From contig CP142729.1 of NCBI GenBank assembly GCA_036630325.1, positions 1-64,000 of the forward strand: a DNA stretch of 64,000 nucleotides, in the 5' to 3' direction. The position numbers and the translations under genes are program-made. Within the stretch, counting starts at the first letter, position 1. Each line of letters begins with the position of its first letter. The notes below the pieces were generated by a model. The model saw nothing but the letters and a program-made list of their open reading frames with translations, searched no databases and was not told the DNA's origin. This document shows positions 39,001 to 54,337 of this stretch, in pieces. Origin of the DNA: Vairimorpha necatrix (lineage: Eukaryota).

Positions 39001-42000
39001 TAATTATAAGACACAGAACAAAATTTTTTATTTTATAAGAGGAATTTTTAAGTTTTTCTTTTAACTAATAATATTTCATTTTTATGCTAAATAATATAAA
39101 TTTTTTTTTTTATTTAAATATGTGTAAATGAATTCTTATATATTCTAAAAATTTAATTTCTTAAGAATACTTGTAAATTTTTTAAACTAACGATATATAA
39201 ATATTATTTAGGTTTTTTTTTCTAAGATTCTTATTTGTTTTCCCGAAGTATTATCATATTGTTAATATTTAATATATGCAATTCAAACTTTTCGAATTTT
39301 TTTATTTTTTTGTAAATAATCTTGAAAACGTCCAGGTGAAATATTATATAGTATTATAGTTAAGAAATACTTATTCTAAATTAACGTGTTTTTATAAGTT
39401 TTTTAATTTAAATTAAGCAAGTGTTAATCATTTTATATTATGTTATTACTCTTTATATTACTTTAAATTATTTTCTGCTTAAATATATAAATTTTGAAAA
39501 TTATATTCCGTTAGCGTGAAACTATGGCATAAAAGATTTTTTAATAAATATAGCATTTTATAATTAATTTTTTTATTGTTATTAAATGTATTGGATTTAT
39601 ATGCATTTCTATTCTACTCCCCTCATTATTTTTGTTTTATTTTTTTGAGATATGCGACGCCTTTTTCAAAATCTCGAACCCATTTTACAGCAACCTTATA
39701 TTAAATTGTATGAGCTATTGTTTTTATTTAATTATTCATAATTGAAAATAAACTTATTATTTCTTATTATATTATAATATGGAAAATATATTTAAGTAGG
39801 GGTTCCCTAGGATTTTTAAAATCAATTACATAAATGTCGTTTCTAAGTAAAATTCTTTTTACTGTTGCTGAACGATTTTACAATGAATAGGTTTTATTTT
39901 ATATTGTTAATTTAAATAATTTTCATCAATTCTTCTAATTATAATTAAATAAATGATTTTCTAATGATTATATAATTTTACGATAATTGTTGATTGAATT
40001 TTAAATTTTTTTTTCTTTCGTAAATGAACTTTTTTATAATATTTCGATCTTCATACGTAAATTTTAATCTAAATATTATATAAAAATATTATACTTTACG
40101 GATTTAGAAGGTATTATTTACAACAAAAGAGCAATTCTTAAATATTTAACCGATAGATATTTGAATTGTTTTATTTTTTTATTTCAAATAATAATAAAAT
40201 AATTTATTTTTATAAATATGATAAAAGTATTAATGATTTTACTTTTAAAAATTTTTTGGTCATAATTTCTAATTTTGTGTGGTCAATATGATTGTAAACA
40301 ACAAATTAATATTTGTGACAATTGTTTTTTACCAACTTCGGCTTCAAAAGTCTACAATGTTTTATAACTGAATCTTCTTTAGAATTCTATCAATCAAAAA
40401 AATGTAATATCCTAGGTTAATCATAATTCGTTGAAAATTTTAATATAAAATTTGTTTTCGTTTTTTTACCATTAGTAATTATTATACTTAATAACGTGTA
40501 CATTTTGGTCATATATAAATATAATATAGTTGATTTTTTAATATAATTTTCATTTATAAAATCGTCTGATATGTTCTAGATATTTAAACAACTAAAATGC
40601 AATGTTAATTGTACTTAATTAATACTATATGCAATATTGGGATTTATTTTTGTTTATCTTGGCGTAGATTTTAATATAGAAGAAAATTATATTTCATCTA
40701 ATATCTTGATCGTGTATCTTTATTTTGAATTCTTATGTATTTATAGTGCAAAACAATGTGTATGAATCATATGTATATCTTTTCTTTATAATCCAATACT
40801 ATCTAGTTATAATTAATGAATATTATTTGTATCACTTCGAAAACAGTCATACTTTGAACGTAAAATTAATTCCATTTTTTTGCTTTCGTACTTATACCAA
40901 ATGAAAAAGGGAAAGATCAAATTTAAATTATCTTGTTATTACCTACGTTGTAAATTTAGATAGATTGTAGAGTTCGTTTAAAATTTTGAAAGATATTTTT
41001 TTTCTTTCAACCAATTTGTCGTTCTTAATTTTCCTTTTTTCTCTGTTCTTCATAGATGAAACTGTGCATCCTTTAAGTTAGAAGGCTAAAAATATTTTGC
41101 TATTAATAACTTTATGATTATGTACTTGCTTCATAGATATTCCTTGCCCTTCATACACAAACTTTTTTTTTAAATTTTATTTTTATTGTAATCATTTTTT
41201 AGCCACGTAAGTTAAAGGTTAATTATTTTGCATGGATAAAAACATATTGTAAATTTTTCATTTTTTGTTGTATTATTGATGTGTTGGAACGTTGTTGGTG
41301 AATATTTGACAGAGTAAACTTTGAAAACTGTCCTTATGATGTAATCGTTATTACACACTTCCATAAAACCTTTGTATTTAGTTTATCAAGTTTTGGTATA
41401 TTTAACATTAATTTAAATGCTTTAATGCATATACATAAATTATTTTAAATAGATTTATAATCTTATTTCTTGTATATAAATATGTCCTAATTCTTTCAAC
41501 AAATATATTGTTAGACTACATTATATGTCTTAAATGATTGATATATAGTATCAGACATTTCTTGTAATTAAATCACTCAATGATTGTGTTTTAATTTCTT
41601 GTTGAAAGAATCTAATTTACTTGTTTAAAAAATATGTTTTTATCTTGCAAAAAGAAATAAATATATCGTTTAATTAACTCATTTGTCCAAAGCCGAATTA
41701 ATATGTTTAACTTTACTTCAAATTTTTATTTTTATGTCGATTCTGCACATAATGCGTTTCATAATTATTTTATATACAGCAAATTATATACTAGCGTACT
41801 CATATGAAAAGACAAATATATCTAAATTTCTTAAAATATTAATTATACAGATACATACGTTGGCAACCTCTAAAAAATGTACTAAATTGTGCAAGAAATA
41901 ATTTTCAAAATAACAATATTAATATTTTCTTCAGATGTGTGAGGCTGCAGACCTGCACTGACGAATCTTGTTTATAATTATACAATGATTATTGGTACTG

Positions 42001-42366
42001 TCAAACGTCTAAGAGTATTGTAAATAAACATTTGACATGTTTGACATTTACAAACTAAAAGTAAGAAAAGTGCATGTCACATGAAGTACTACTAATTCAG
42101 TAGAACTTCGGTTTCATGTTTGTTTGTTTACATCTCAAAGAGTTTGACAGTTAATCTAATTGACTATTTAAACGGAATTTACCCCTGACCTACAATTCCG
42201 ATGAGCAGCAAAACAAACAAATAATATAAATCAATATGTTAGTTTAGACTCACCACTTCAACTTCGGATCAGGCTTCATGCCGGATATAAGATGTGTAGA
42301 TACTCCATAAAGAAAAAAAAATTATTAATTTGTCATATATTTATTTCTTGTTTTTATGTTTAATTC

Positions 42367-42651
42367 TGAGGTATTACACGGGAGTTGGCCGTTCCTCAGA
42401 TAGCATTCTATAATGCTTCTCAGGGTATTAAAGTTTTATTTTAATTAAAGTTGTATCATTAAATCTGCCTCCTTGGGCTTTATCTTCCCTCTTCTGGGGA
42501 TGCATTGATTGATACTGCTGATTTCTAGACTCCTCTGTTCTTCTTGACATATTTTGGTGGGGTTTTAAATAAAAAGAAAATATTTAAAAAAAATTTAATT
42601 CTAGAAAATTCATTTGGAGAAAAATATAATAATGTGGTAAATAATACCACA
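42367..42651 (-). mobile_element. Solo LTR of the 11460-13429 element
   Basis: TGAGG...CCACA flanked by TSD AATTC (42362-42366, 42652-42656) at the homologous site. Confidence 0.93.
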
Positions 42652-42784
42652 AATTCATATTTAATATAATAAAAAATATAGTTTATTTTAGAAAATAACA
42701 TAATAAATACCATTGTTATAATATATATAAACAATCTTTACAAATAAATACAACTTAATTACTATTATGTTTTCTATTATAAAA

Positions 42785-42995
42785 AATAAATTTTTTCGGG
42801 AAATGCTAATGGTGTTTTATATTTCTAGTATATTTTGAATAGGTTACGCGTTAGCATCTCCTGTTTGTGGGCAACTTCTCGGCTTTTAGTTTTTTTCAAA
42901 TCAGAACCTTAACATCTCTTCAGTAGTCCATTGGAATGCTTCCGTTTGTCTTCTCTGTTAATCATCTTGATGTACGCTTCTACTTTCTCAGAGTA
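42785..42995 (-). mobile_element. 3' fragment of RLE-type non-LTR retrotransposon (family II), duplicate of 13555-13770
   Basis: Homologous position and sequence in copy B. Confidence 0.7.
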
Positions 42996-45900
42996 TTTGA
43001 TAGTTGAACCTTTTTTTATTTTATATAACACAACAATATAAATATTATATTATATTATATTATATTTTTATTCAAATTTATATATATCTTCTTTATTATA
43101 CTCTATAAACTATCTTATTTACTTTTTAATATATCATTTTTGTTTAATCATAATATATTTAAAATATTTTTTTTAAATATTTTCCTTAAATGAAGATAAT
43201 TTCAGATCCCTAAATAAATAATTTTAAATATTACAAAAAGATTAGTTTTATTAAATATAATAGACAAGATTAATATGAACCTTACATCGATAAAAAATAT
43301 TAGGTTCTACAAGGCTTGATCTGATGATTTATCCTTCATTTAGTATTTATTGTAATATAATCCGTTGTTTTAATTATCTTTATTATTAAAAAAAGCAAAC
43401 TTCATTACCGACAACCAAATTACTACACACCTTCTTTTACATGACCAACATGTTTTTTCTAAATATATTTTTTTTTATACTAAACTCTAGATTTTTACTG
43501 ATATATATATATATATATATAAAATAATCATTCTCATACTTTATAGAAATTTATATCATATATACGTTTTTATAATATATTATTTTATTAAACTCATTTA
43601 ATTATTCATTATAATAGAATATAAGTCTTTAATATGGTTAATATAATGTTCTAATTATTTATGACTTTACATTTAAAATATTTTGTTCTACTGATTCATC
43701 TTAATTATAACTGTAAACAGTTTATATGATAATACACTATCTATTTATTACTATTATATTATCTAAAGTTGAATGTTTACTAATAAAGACTTTTAAAGCT
43801 GATATTTAACTTTGTCTGAATCAGTGTCAATATATACTTTATATGACAGATATGTAATTGCAATCAATTACCGTATGCACAAACTTTCAAATTTTATTAT
43901 ATGCTAAATTTCTTATCTAATGAATTCGCTTTTCAATTTTTATAAATTTTTCGTAAATGTTAATGATCCTTCATTAGATATTATTTCTAGACATTCTCTT
44001 CTTTTCTCATAATATTACTCTCTTCTTAATTTTTATTTTTTTCATGTAAGAAAAGAGAGAACCATTACATAGAATTTTGTTAACAATAAATTTAACCTCA
44101 TACGTTTAGTGTAGTAGTTTAATGATAAACACTAATTTAAATTCTCATACTCTTTACAGAAGGGCATATTGTATAATTTTTTCGTTTCAGAACATATGTT
44201 TTTATCTATCTTTATATTACATCGTCAAGATTCGCTGCTGATAAGAAACTAGGATTTAAATAAGTTCTAAATTGCAAGTCCATGTACATAATTAACTTCC
44301 ACGAATGTCACTTATCATTACATAAATCTTTTACGTGACTTCTAACATTACTAAAATTCGATCCTGCTTTTTTTTAACTTCTTTGACCACAAGTTATTCG
44401 AATTTTGTCAAATGAAGATATAGAATCGTATAAAAGAAAGGAAGATGCTCCTAGATAAATCCTTCTAGTCGTAAATTCACCATTAAGAAATTTCATTAAA
44501 CACTGCATCAGTAATGTTTTCTAAAAAACTGGCCTCTTTTTGAAAACACGGTCGATGTAAACATCAATTTTATTTCTAGTTGTAAGTGAAGTTGTTCATT
44601 AATAGTAAAGTTCTATTTTTGTATTTTTTGAAGCTCATTGTTACATAAAATTTTTTAATGATTTCAAAAATAAACTTCGTCGTGCGGGGAACAAAAAAGT
44701 TTTTTCAAAAAACCTGAAATTAGAAAGTCATTGTTTTAAAGGCTTGGTTACCATGTTTTTTTAATTAGTTTCGTTAATCTATAAGATAAAGGACTGGATA
44801 TCATTTTATATCTCATAAATATTTACAAAATGTTCTACATATTCATTGTCTACTACAAAAAATATAATTTTAAAATTTAATATTAAAAGCTACTTTATAC
44901 AGAATTACTTATTATTTTTTATATAATATATCTCTAATTTGTATAGAACATTAGTTTTTAGTTTATTAATACTCTATATGTAAACTTTCCTTATATTACA
45001 CTCTTGATTATGTTTCTGTTCGAAAAAGAGTTTGTTATTTTGTTTTGAACATAATATTTTTTTATCCACTCTATATATATATTGCTATGCAAAATTTATA
45101 TTCAAATTCATTAACTTAAAAATTTCTACATAGATAGTTTTATGCCTATAATGCAAGTTGTTTTTGATTTTTACGAGTGTGTTAGTTTTGCATCATTTTG
45201 ATCCTTGTATTATATTTTTATTGTAGATCCGTTTTTGTCATTTACAAATAATAATTGAAAAATATAAATACTTCAAATTATTATATTTTAACATAATGTA
45301 TTTTTAACTAAGAATTATTCTTATTTTTAATTTTACACAGATACCTTGAATTAAGCGGTTTTACTAATATTCTAACCTTAAAACAAGTTGATTATATTAA
45401 TTCGACATGTATTATACGTATTAAGCGTATTTCATCTAGGTTTTATAAGGTAACTTCAATATTACTTAAGATCTAGACTTTATCTACAACTGATATTTAT
45501 TAAAACAATACATCTCTATTATAGAAACAGTACAATATTCAAACTAACAATTCATAAAGATTATCAAATGTGTAACCTTATGTTTTGTTATACAATAGAA
45601 GATAGGTTAGAATTTACAAAACAAAAAAAACAATGACAGTATTACTAATTTAGTAATGATACAATAGAACCTTGTCCTTTAAACGAGGAAATAAGCTATG
45701 ATTCTTTTTTATAAATATTGGACTGTTTTTCAAAGAAATTGTTTCTTTTATTTTGTAAAAATTAATTTCTCGCCTTTAATATTATAAATGGCTTAACCAT
45801 ATTATCCAATTGTTTTTGTAAAAAACAACATTTCGATAATCTTTCACCTAGGGATTTGTTTTTCTGCCAAAAAAAAATTAGTGTACGGAATTTGCTTTTA

Positions 45901-48900
45901 GAAATTAGAAATAAGGGCGAAACAAGTTAATTGGTTTTTTCTGCATAATTTTTTGTCAAAATATTTTTAAAGTAACTTATAATGTGAATATAATGTCAAT
46001 TTACTTTTTTTTTTATAGAACATAAATAAAATATGTGCATTTTTTATAAAAATTAAATTTGCAACCAAATCAATCCCATGAAGGTTCAGTCAAAATTTAT
46101 GTCTGGAATTATTAAATCCATTGTATAATATCTAATGTAAACGAATAAATTTGATTTAGCGTACAGTTTTATAACTATTTTTTGATCTGTAATCTTTTTA
46201 TTTGTTTTCTTTTCTATTATATTTATCGTACTCTTCTCTATTTGAAATATAAATGATTTAGATATTCTAATTATTTGCAAACAGAAAGTATATCTATTAG
46301 GGGGTGTGATTCAAAAATATATCTATTCAATTGTTTTTTAGAAAGGTTATATTTAAATGAGCATTCATCCCATCTTATGAAAAATATTTTCATCACTGGA
46401 ATATTCAAAAAATATAGTATCCCAAAATGAAATTTTTTCACTGTAAAGATTATATAATCTCACAATAAAATGTTGACGTAATTAAATCTAAACATATCAA
46501 ATATTAAATTGCGGAATTATATTACTCTATTGTATATATGTTGTAAAAAAATGATTTTATTTTTAATCAAAATCACAAATAATTATAATTTCGTTATTTC
46601 CACTGTTTTTTTTTTTATTTCTTAACTTTTGTTTATTTTATAATCATTTATAACTGAAAATTTCTCTTATTTTTTTTTTATTGTAGGTCAAAATTACTTT
46701 AATCCACCCTATAAAATATTAATAATTATATCTTTTTACTGACATTATATTTATAGAATATATAAGATACGTAAATTCTATTTTTTAATTTGTCATTTAT
46801 TTTTTTTAGGTTTTTAGCATTATCTTGACAAAGAGAACAAAGGTTTGATTGTTTACAATACTTACTTTTTATTGATTTGGTTCTTTACTATAATTTGTTT
46901 ATTCTTTTTGCATACGAAATATTTTTTATTTATTAATTAATCGATATTGTTCATAACTGAGAAACAAATATATTTTCTTATTATATATCATTTAAAACGT
47001 TATCGTTAATTTTAGTAAGTCTGTAAGAATAAAATTTATTTGACTTGATTCTGGGGTATTCATTCTTTTATACATAGATACATCTGATTGTTGCAATAAA
47101 TATGAATTTATTACCAAGATTTTTATTTCTTAGTATATTTATGTATATTTATATTAAGCGGTTGGCATCTTAATCATATCTACACATATCTTAGTAAAAA
47201 TTTATAAATTGTGTTGGCATTTTAAATTTCTAGTACCATATAATTTTTATTTTATTTTAATAAAAACTTCGAAGTTGATTTACGCCCTAAATAAGGAATA
47301 TTGTTGTTTTCTTTTAAATTGTTCATTTCTGTGCTTTTCGATCCTTAATATTTAATCTTTCCTAGTCTTTCAATAAAAGTGTCTTGTTTATGTAAAATGC
47401 TAATGACTAATTGGAATTATTTAAAACACAAAAAACATTTGTTATTTAAATCTTTATTTGTCTTTATTACATATATATACCTGCTCATTTTGCCATATAA
47501 AGTCAATCATTTCTTCAGTCTATCGATGTGCCAGTCAATAATAGCTAATCCTCAGGGCAGGCCACGTCTCAGTGTGCAAATAATTTATCACACATAGATT
47601 ATTCAATTATGTAGTATTAATTGGAATCTGTTCGAAATAAAATTTTTTTTAATTATCTAAGTTCGGGTATATGATAAATTTTTCGAAAACAATGTTTTTA
47701 ACAATGTTTTATATAAACGATTAAACTAATTAAAGTTGTTTCTCTATTATACATACTAACTTTACTTTGTTTGCAAGCGATAGATATAATTATAATTTTT
47801 CAATCGCATAGAATATTAAGTCTACTTTTGAAGTTTTTACTTATAATACTGTTATTCTTAATTTTAATGATATTATTTTTGTCTTGTCGATATTATTATC
47901 TCTTCTTAAATATATATACATATACAAATACATCTCTTTCTAATACTTAATTGGTCGTTTAAAATGTCAAAAGAAATCACTTTAAAGCCTTCATGATATA
48001 GCTAAATTCTTTTGTGATGAATTATTTTGGGATAATTATTTTCCTCAGTTATTTATCATGATTTTCTTCTTCATCTTATTACATTTGTATATATATTGTC
48101 AAGTTTGGAAAATCTAAAATTTAAATCTCTTAAATTAGAAATTATTTCATTTTAGACTAATTATTTTTTCATGATTTTTTTTTCTGTCTTATTGTATATA
48201 TATATATGTATATATAATTTTCCTCATTTATAAAATGAAAATTTCAAAACTCTAAAATTATGACATTTTAGACAAAAATTTTTTCATGATTTTTATCAGC
48301 TTCTTATTTTTTAAAAATGTGTATATATACTTGTCATCAATGAAAAAAGAAAATCAAAATTATGTAATTTTAGATAATTTATTTTTTCATGATTTTATTC
48401 TTATTCTTGATGTTTGAATATATATACTTGTCATCCTTGGAATATTAAAAATTTGGAAGTTCAAAAAACAAAATTTTGACTTTTAGCCTATATTTACTTT
48501 AAAATTTCATATTCTTGGCGAGTAGAAGGGAAGATGAAATATTATACATGAACTTAAAAGAAAGAGAGTTAATTATCCAATTGATATAGGGCATTTCTAA
48601 CTCTTAACTATTACCGAATACTTGCGCTGCACTATCTCCGACGTAACCATTGGGATTTGATTTGGTAAGAATTTTTTTATATACAAGCCTCTAATCGCTC
48701 ATTAAATCAATAAATATATTAAAATGAAGATTTTAAAAACTCAGTGTAGATTTATCGTTTTAATCTAGTGTCGATATTATATAAATAAATCATCTAGATC
48801 TTAGATGTGTCTTTCTCTCACACAGAACACTAAAAGCAAACTTATTAAACTTCTTTGTCATTAATGAATAATTGAACAGATCTCCATCTAATACTATATC

Positions 48901-49189
48901 TTGTTTGTATAAAAACAAACTTCATAAATTTCTACATCAAGAGTGCCATAATTGGCTTTTAGATCCCTATAATATATACAGCTATGGTATTTTGAAACAC
49001 AGAAGAACAAATTATACGTAATCAGAATTCGAATTGTGAATATATTTAAGAAATTAATGATCAATTCATTACAAGAGATACTTTTCATAATATTTGTTTA
49101 GTCTATCAATTTTGAAATAAATATTTAGTGACGTCTGTATGTCCGCGAGTAGATATCTTTATGCTTAAAATGAATTTAAATTTTTTCTT

Positions 49190-49252
49190 ACCGGGAATCG
49201 AACCTTAGACCTTCGATATCCCAAATCAAGGTGCAACCATTCTGCCAAGCAC
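49190..49252 (-). pseudogene. tRNA-like relic, duplicate of 22390-22456
   Basis: Same A-box and B-box. A 2-bp difference in the anticodon region; the 3' acceptor side is lost. Confidence 0.5.
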
Positions 49253-50009
49253 GATTATTTTAATTTTTGTTATCCTTTATGAAAACCATATATATTTTCA
49301 ACTTCCTTTAATTTTTGTTTTCTTTCTATGCATAAAGAAACATTTCATATTAGTCAGAACGAAAGATCATTAAGCGATTTAACCAAATAATAGAATAATT
49401 TACAATATTGGTTTTATGCTTTCTTATATAAAATAAGATTATATAAGATTTTCTTCGATCCGAATATACATTTCTAATATATATACATGTTATACTAAAA
49501 AATAATATACATTTTACACGGCAAAAACGAGTATATATCCTATATTATATACAAAATACTTTCATATGTGATCGCAAATTTTATGATGAACTGGCATCTA
49601 TTTCAATATCTCTATAATATCTGGCAATTTTGTTATTCTTATTTTCCATACCCTCTAAAGTAAATTTTTTTAAATAATTTTTTCAACAAAGTTAAAACTG
49701 TCATTTGTAAGAATATGATTAATATGTATTTGATCTGCTACAACTATATATGAACTACATCCTTTTAATAATTTCGACTACAAAATAATAAAAACATATT
49801 TATGTGATTTAACTAATATTCTTTATTGAGATTTTGTTTTTCTTAAATACTGTGATGTACATTACTACAACACATGGACAGATGTCAAAAATATGTCAAC
49901 CGTTTCGGATGGCATGTCAAGTTGGGTCACACAATCAAACGAAAGTTGCATGGTCGTTACTACATTCGTAAGTACGCCAATGTTTGTGTTTAGTGTTGAC
50001 AACATATAA

Positions 50010-50312
50010 AAAATTTATTAGCTTTATTTATCATTAAAGTTAGATTAGCACAGTTTATCTTGGTATCGTCACTAGATTCGGCTTTTCATAGACTTTGGTT
50101 TATGTGGAATTATTTATGTTTTTCAACTCCAAATTTTTAGCTTCATTCTCCTATACCGACATCGCTTGTTCAACAGTCGCCATATTCGCTAGTGCGTTTA
50201 CAGCTCTAACCACTTCTTCTTCTCCTGCAAAATCTTTATCATATCTTATTCTTCGTTCCAAAGAGATGGACTCTGGAGTTTTCTTCATCACATTAGACTG
50301 AATGTATGCTTT
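50010..50312 (-). mobile_element. 3' fragment of RLE-type non-LTR retrotransposon (family I), duplicate of 23211-23516
   Basis: EAYIQSNVMKKTPESISLERR..GEEEVVRAV on the minus strand. Confidence 0.82.
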
Positions 50313-52764
50313 TAGAAATGTTTAGATTTCTGCAGAATGCAAATAAGATTCTAAAATATTAATATATATTTACACAATAATTATATAGTTTAGAAATAAT
50401 GAATTCCTAAACTTTTAAAATTTTACAACTGTAACTATTATTTTAGAAAAAATATTTTAGTTTGACATTACGATTGATTTTTAGTAAAAATTTAATTAAA
50501 TTTTGAATTTCTTCAAAAAAAGCAAGAGAATTTAAAAAATTTAAAGGCCGTATTGTATTTCAAAAAATATTATCTGGTCATCTTTTTAATTGAGTTGTTA
50601 CTCTGTAGACAAAGAAAAATTAATAATAAATTTCAAAACAAGATCATTGAATAAAGAGTAATTAACATTTTTGTTTAGTTTTTGATTGTATAATTTTTAA
50701 TTAATTTATAAAGTAAAATTTGTTTTATTTTTGCTATTAAATCCTTTAAATTCAAAATCTACGCTCTTTTCTATATTTTGTTTATTTTAAATTTCCCTCC
50801 TAAAATATTAAATAAAATTTTTTTGTTTATGGGCAATGAGAAATCAAAGATTGGATTGGTGCAATAAAGAGATAAGACAAGTTTGGAATGACAATGAAGT
50901 TTTGTGAAATTAATACTACTATAAATAGAGTATTATACAATATTACATCACAAGACAGTCAATTTTTTTTCTGCTAGTGTAATAAACTCGATATTTTATG
51001 TTTATATTCTTTTTTAAGCTGAAAATGATGATACGAATTATATACTTCAGAATTTTGAGTACCGTTAGTTATACCAACTTCAATGGACAAGACCTTATAG
51101 CGCTTGCGCATCCCACGTGTCGCGAGAAGTTGAAAAGTTGGAATACAGATGTATACTCAAATTTCCGAAGTATTAAATTGTATAATAATCATTAGCTGAT
51201 AAATAAGATCATGAGCATAAAATAAAAAAAAATTACATTAACAGTGAAAAAACACGGGCTGTTACAAGAATTGTAATGCAACTTTTTAGATTAATTATAT
51301 AGAAGCTCTTCCGCTACATTAGCTTTACCCAAATTTAGCTATATAATCTATTGATTGATAAACATAAGGATCACCGGTCATATATTTCTAGTCCGTAGAA
51401 AATAATGATTTTAATGATCGCATTTATACCTAATTATTGCTTAATCAAACATAAGTATGATTATTACATAATCATTGAGAAGAATGTATGCGAAAACTTC
51501 TATAGATATAAGTTTACCATTATCTGAGCAAATGTATCAGGTATTAAAAGAGATATTGGAATTAAGATCAAAATTATGAATATTAGATTATTTGGAAACA
51601 GTTTTACTTAGAATAAAGGTGTAATTTTAGACATTTCGACTTTTAAATAAATTTACTTACTAATATTATTCATAGAGCATCAGTCTGATGAATTGTGTGA
51701 TATGTGTAAACAGGAGTATTTTGATGATTATTCTAGTTTTTTTATTTTTGATATAAGAATTCAAATAGATGATTTATGAAAACTTTCAGAATGCTTATAA
51801 TTTTTTGTGTCCCTTCCATATACTGATTTAAACAAATGTGAAAATTCAAAAAGATATCATATTAAGTGTTATAACACTATATGATAAACAATGAATATTT
51901 TTAATTAGAAAGTATTTATAAATATCCCCAATTCTCAATTTGCTTTTAATTTAAAATAGATGTATAAGGGTAAAATTTTAGAAATATCGAAAACAAAATA
52001 TTAGACAAAAAAGTATTTTATAAATATATATATATTTACTAGAAATTGTTATTAATGAGGTTTCTATATAAAAGATTGTGATGACCTGATTAAAAACATT
52101 CTCATCACATTGTTTGTTTACTTCTCTTAACAAATACTTCATGTTTAAGTAATAAGACGCTATACTCCGTTATAAGAATAATCTTTCTAAAACTTCTTGT
52201 TGTTTGTTTGTTTACAAACAAACATGTAAAACTATAAATAGCGGAAAAGCCCAAAAGGCATGGTGAGCAAGAAGGATAAAGCAAACTCAATTAACAATAA
52301 ATATAATAGTTTTGAAAATGTCTTTTATCTCATCGAGACATATCTCCGCCTACGATATGTCAAAGATATACAAAAAATATCAGTTCAAAATGTTGAGTCC
52401 TTTTTACTTTTTTTGATCTACTACTGATTTAACGAGTAACATTATACGATCAGATATAAAATATTTTCTCTAATAGAAAGATACTAACATAACAATCAGA
52501 TATATATATATATATATATTTCGTTTTAATTGAAGGTGGTCTACTCATCTCCTGAACAGGTTTGTCAATATTATCATATATTGAAAGTAAGTTTTTCTAA
52601 AACTATCCTTTATTAAAAGTAATTCTGATCTCGTAAAATCATGAGATATCTTAAGATCAAGATGTTGTAACTAATTTTATAATATCCTATATTGGGTCGC
52701 AAAATTCTATGTTATACTACCATAAGATATCGTTGGAATATAGTTATATTTCGACATAAAAATA

Positions 52765-52946
52765 AATGAATCTAATTAGGGTATGCTTATTGTAATTTAT
52801 ATTTATAGTTTGACAAGGATAGGTTCCGCGTTAGCGCCTCCTGCTTGTAGGTTGCTTCTTATCTCCATAGTCCTTTCCACATCAGCTTCGTATTCTCTCC
52901 TTCATTAGTCCAGAGAAATGGTTTGTAGCGTGATCATCTGGATGTT
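52765..52946 (-). mobile_element. 3' fragment of RLE-type non-LTR retrotransposon (family II), identical duplicate of 25965-26146
   Basis: Lies inside the identical tract at offset 26800. Confidence 0.75.
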
Positions 52947-54337
52947 ATTTAGACATAACATAATTTTTGTAAATATGACAATTCTTATTCAAGCTTATTT
53001 TTTTAGAAATTCTCATTAAATTATGCAAAAAATTATATATAATTATATAATATAAGTATCTTGATTTTGTAAGATGTTATTTATTTGAAATATGTCAATT
53101 TCTTTAATCTTATTTTCCATGCCCTCTCTTGGAAATTTTTTTTCTAAATACTTGTTGTAGCCAATTAAATCTGCCAATTTGTGAGAATATGATTGATCAG
53201 TATTTAATTAGCTACGATACTATCTACATTAAGTATGAAAATTATATTTTTTATAAAATTTCAATGTTAAATTCATATATACGTACTTATGATATTTTTC
53301 TATTATTCTTAATAGAAATTGTGTTTATTTACGATACATTTATATAATCGCTCCCTCGTATTAAATAAATAAAATATAAAATCTTCATGATATTTAAATT
53401 TCGTTTTATAAATATTAAAGTGTTGTATTTTTATACAGTATTGTTTTCCAATGGGGTATTGGTTGTTTTTTCTCCACAATTTTATTCTTTCTAATGTACC
53501 TCGATGTATTACAATAATAAGAATTCATCTTTAAATTCAAAAAATCTTTGTTATTGATTTATACACAAATTATATTCTGATTTGTTTAATTAAAAATCAT
53601 TTTATTCTATGTGTTGATACCGGCAATAATTATGCAATTGAATGTTTTAATTACATAAAAATACTTATATATTATTTGTTATTTTGAAAGTTCTATTATT
53701 TAAATACAATTATTTTTACTGCACTAATATTTATGTATATTTTTCTTGAATTTAAAGTTTTTATTTTGTACTTTTATATATATATATATATATATATGCA
53801 GATAGATACCCTTTAAAAAAAAAATTAAATCATGTATGTAATAAAGGTTTTAATTAAAATGAAAAAACTTCACAATCTAGTTACATATACTACATAAGTT
53901 ATTTTTACTAGTTTTTATGAGATGTCAATTTCTCCTTTTTTCGTGTTCATAATCTCTCTCATGTACAAATATACATCGATACTTTCCATTAGCCAAAAAA
54001 ATTAGAAATATTGCTGATACTTAAAGACTTGTATATATAATTAGATGTAATTGTAATTAAAATATAGATTGTTTCTGAAGTTTTTCAAATATTTAATCAT
54101 TATAATAAAAATTTTTACCAATTAGAATACATTTGTTAATTTTATTTTTATGTTAGAATGTTAAATCGTTAAAACGCCCACGGTTACACTAGAAACTTTT
54201 GGAATCATTCTGTTTTATAATCTTCATAATTATAACATACTTTGATTTACTTAAGAAAAAATAAATCATATAAACTAATAAGTACGCATATATATACACA
54301 CACATTCCTTGTTATCACATAAGACCGTACGATAATA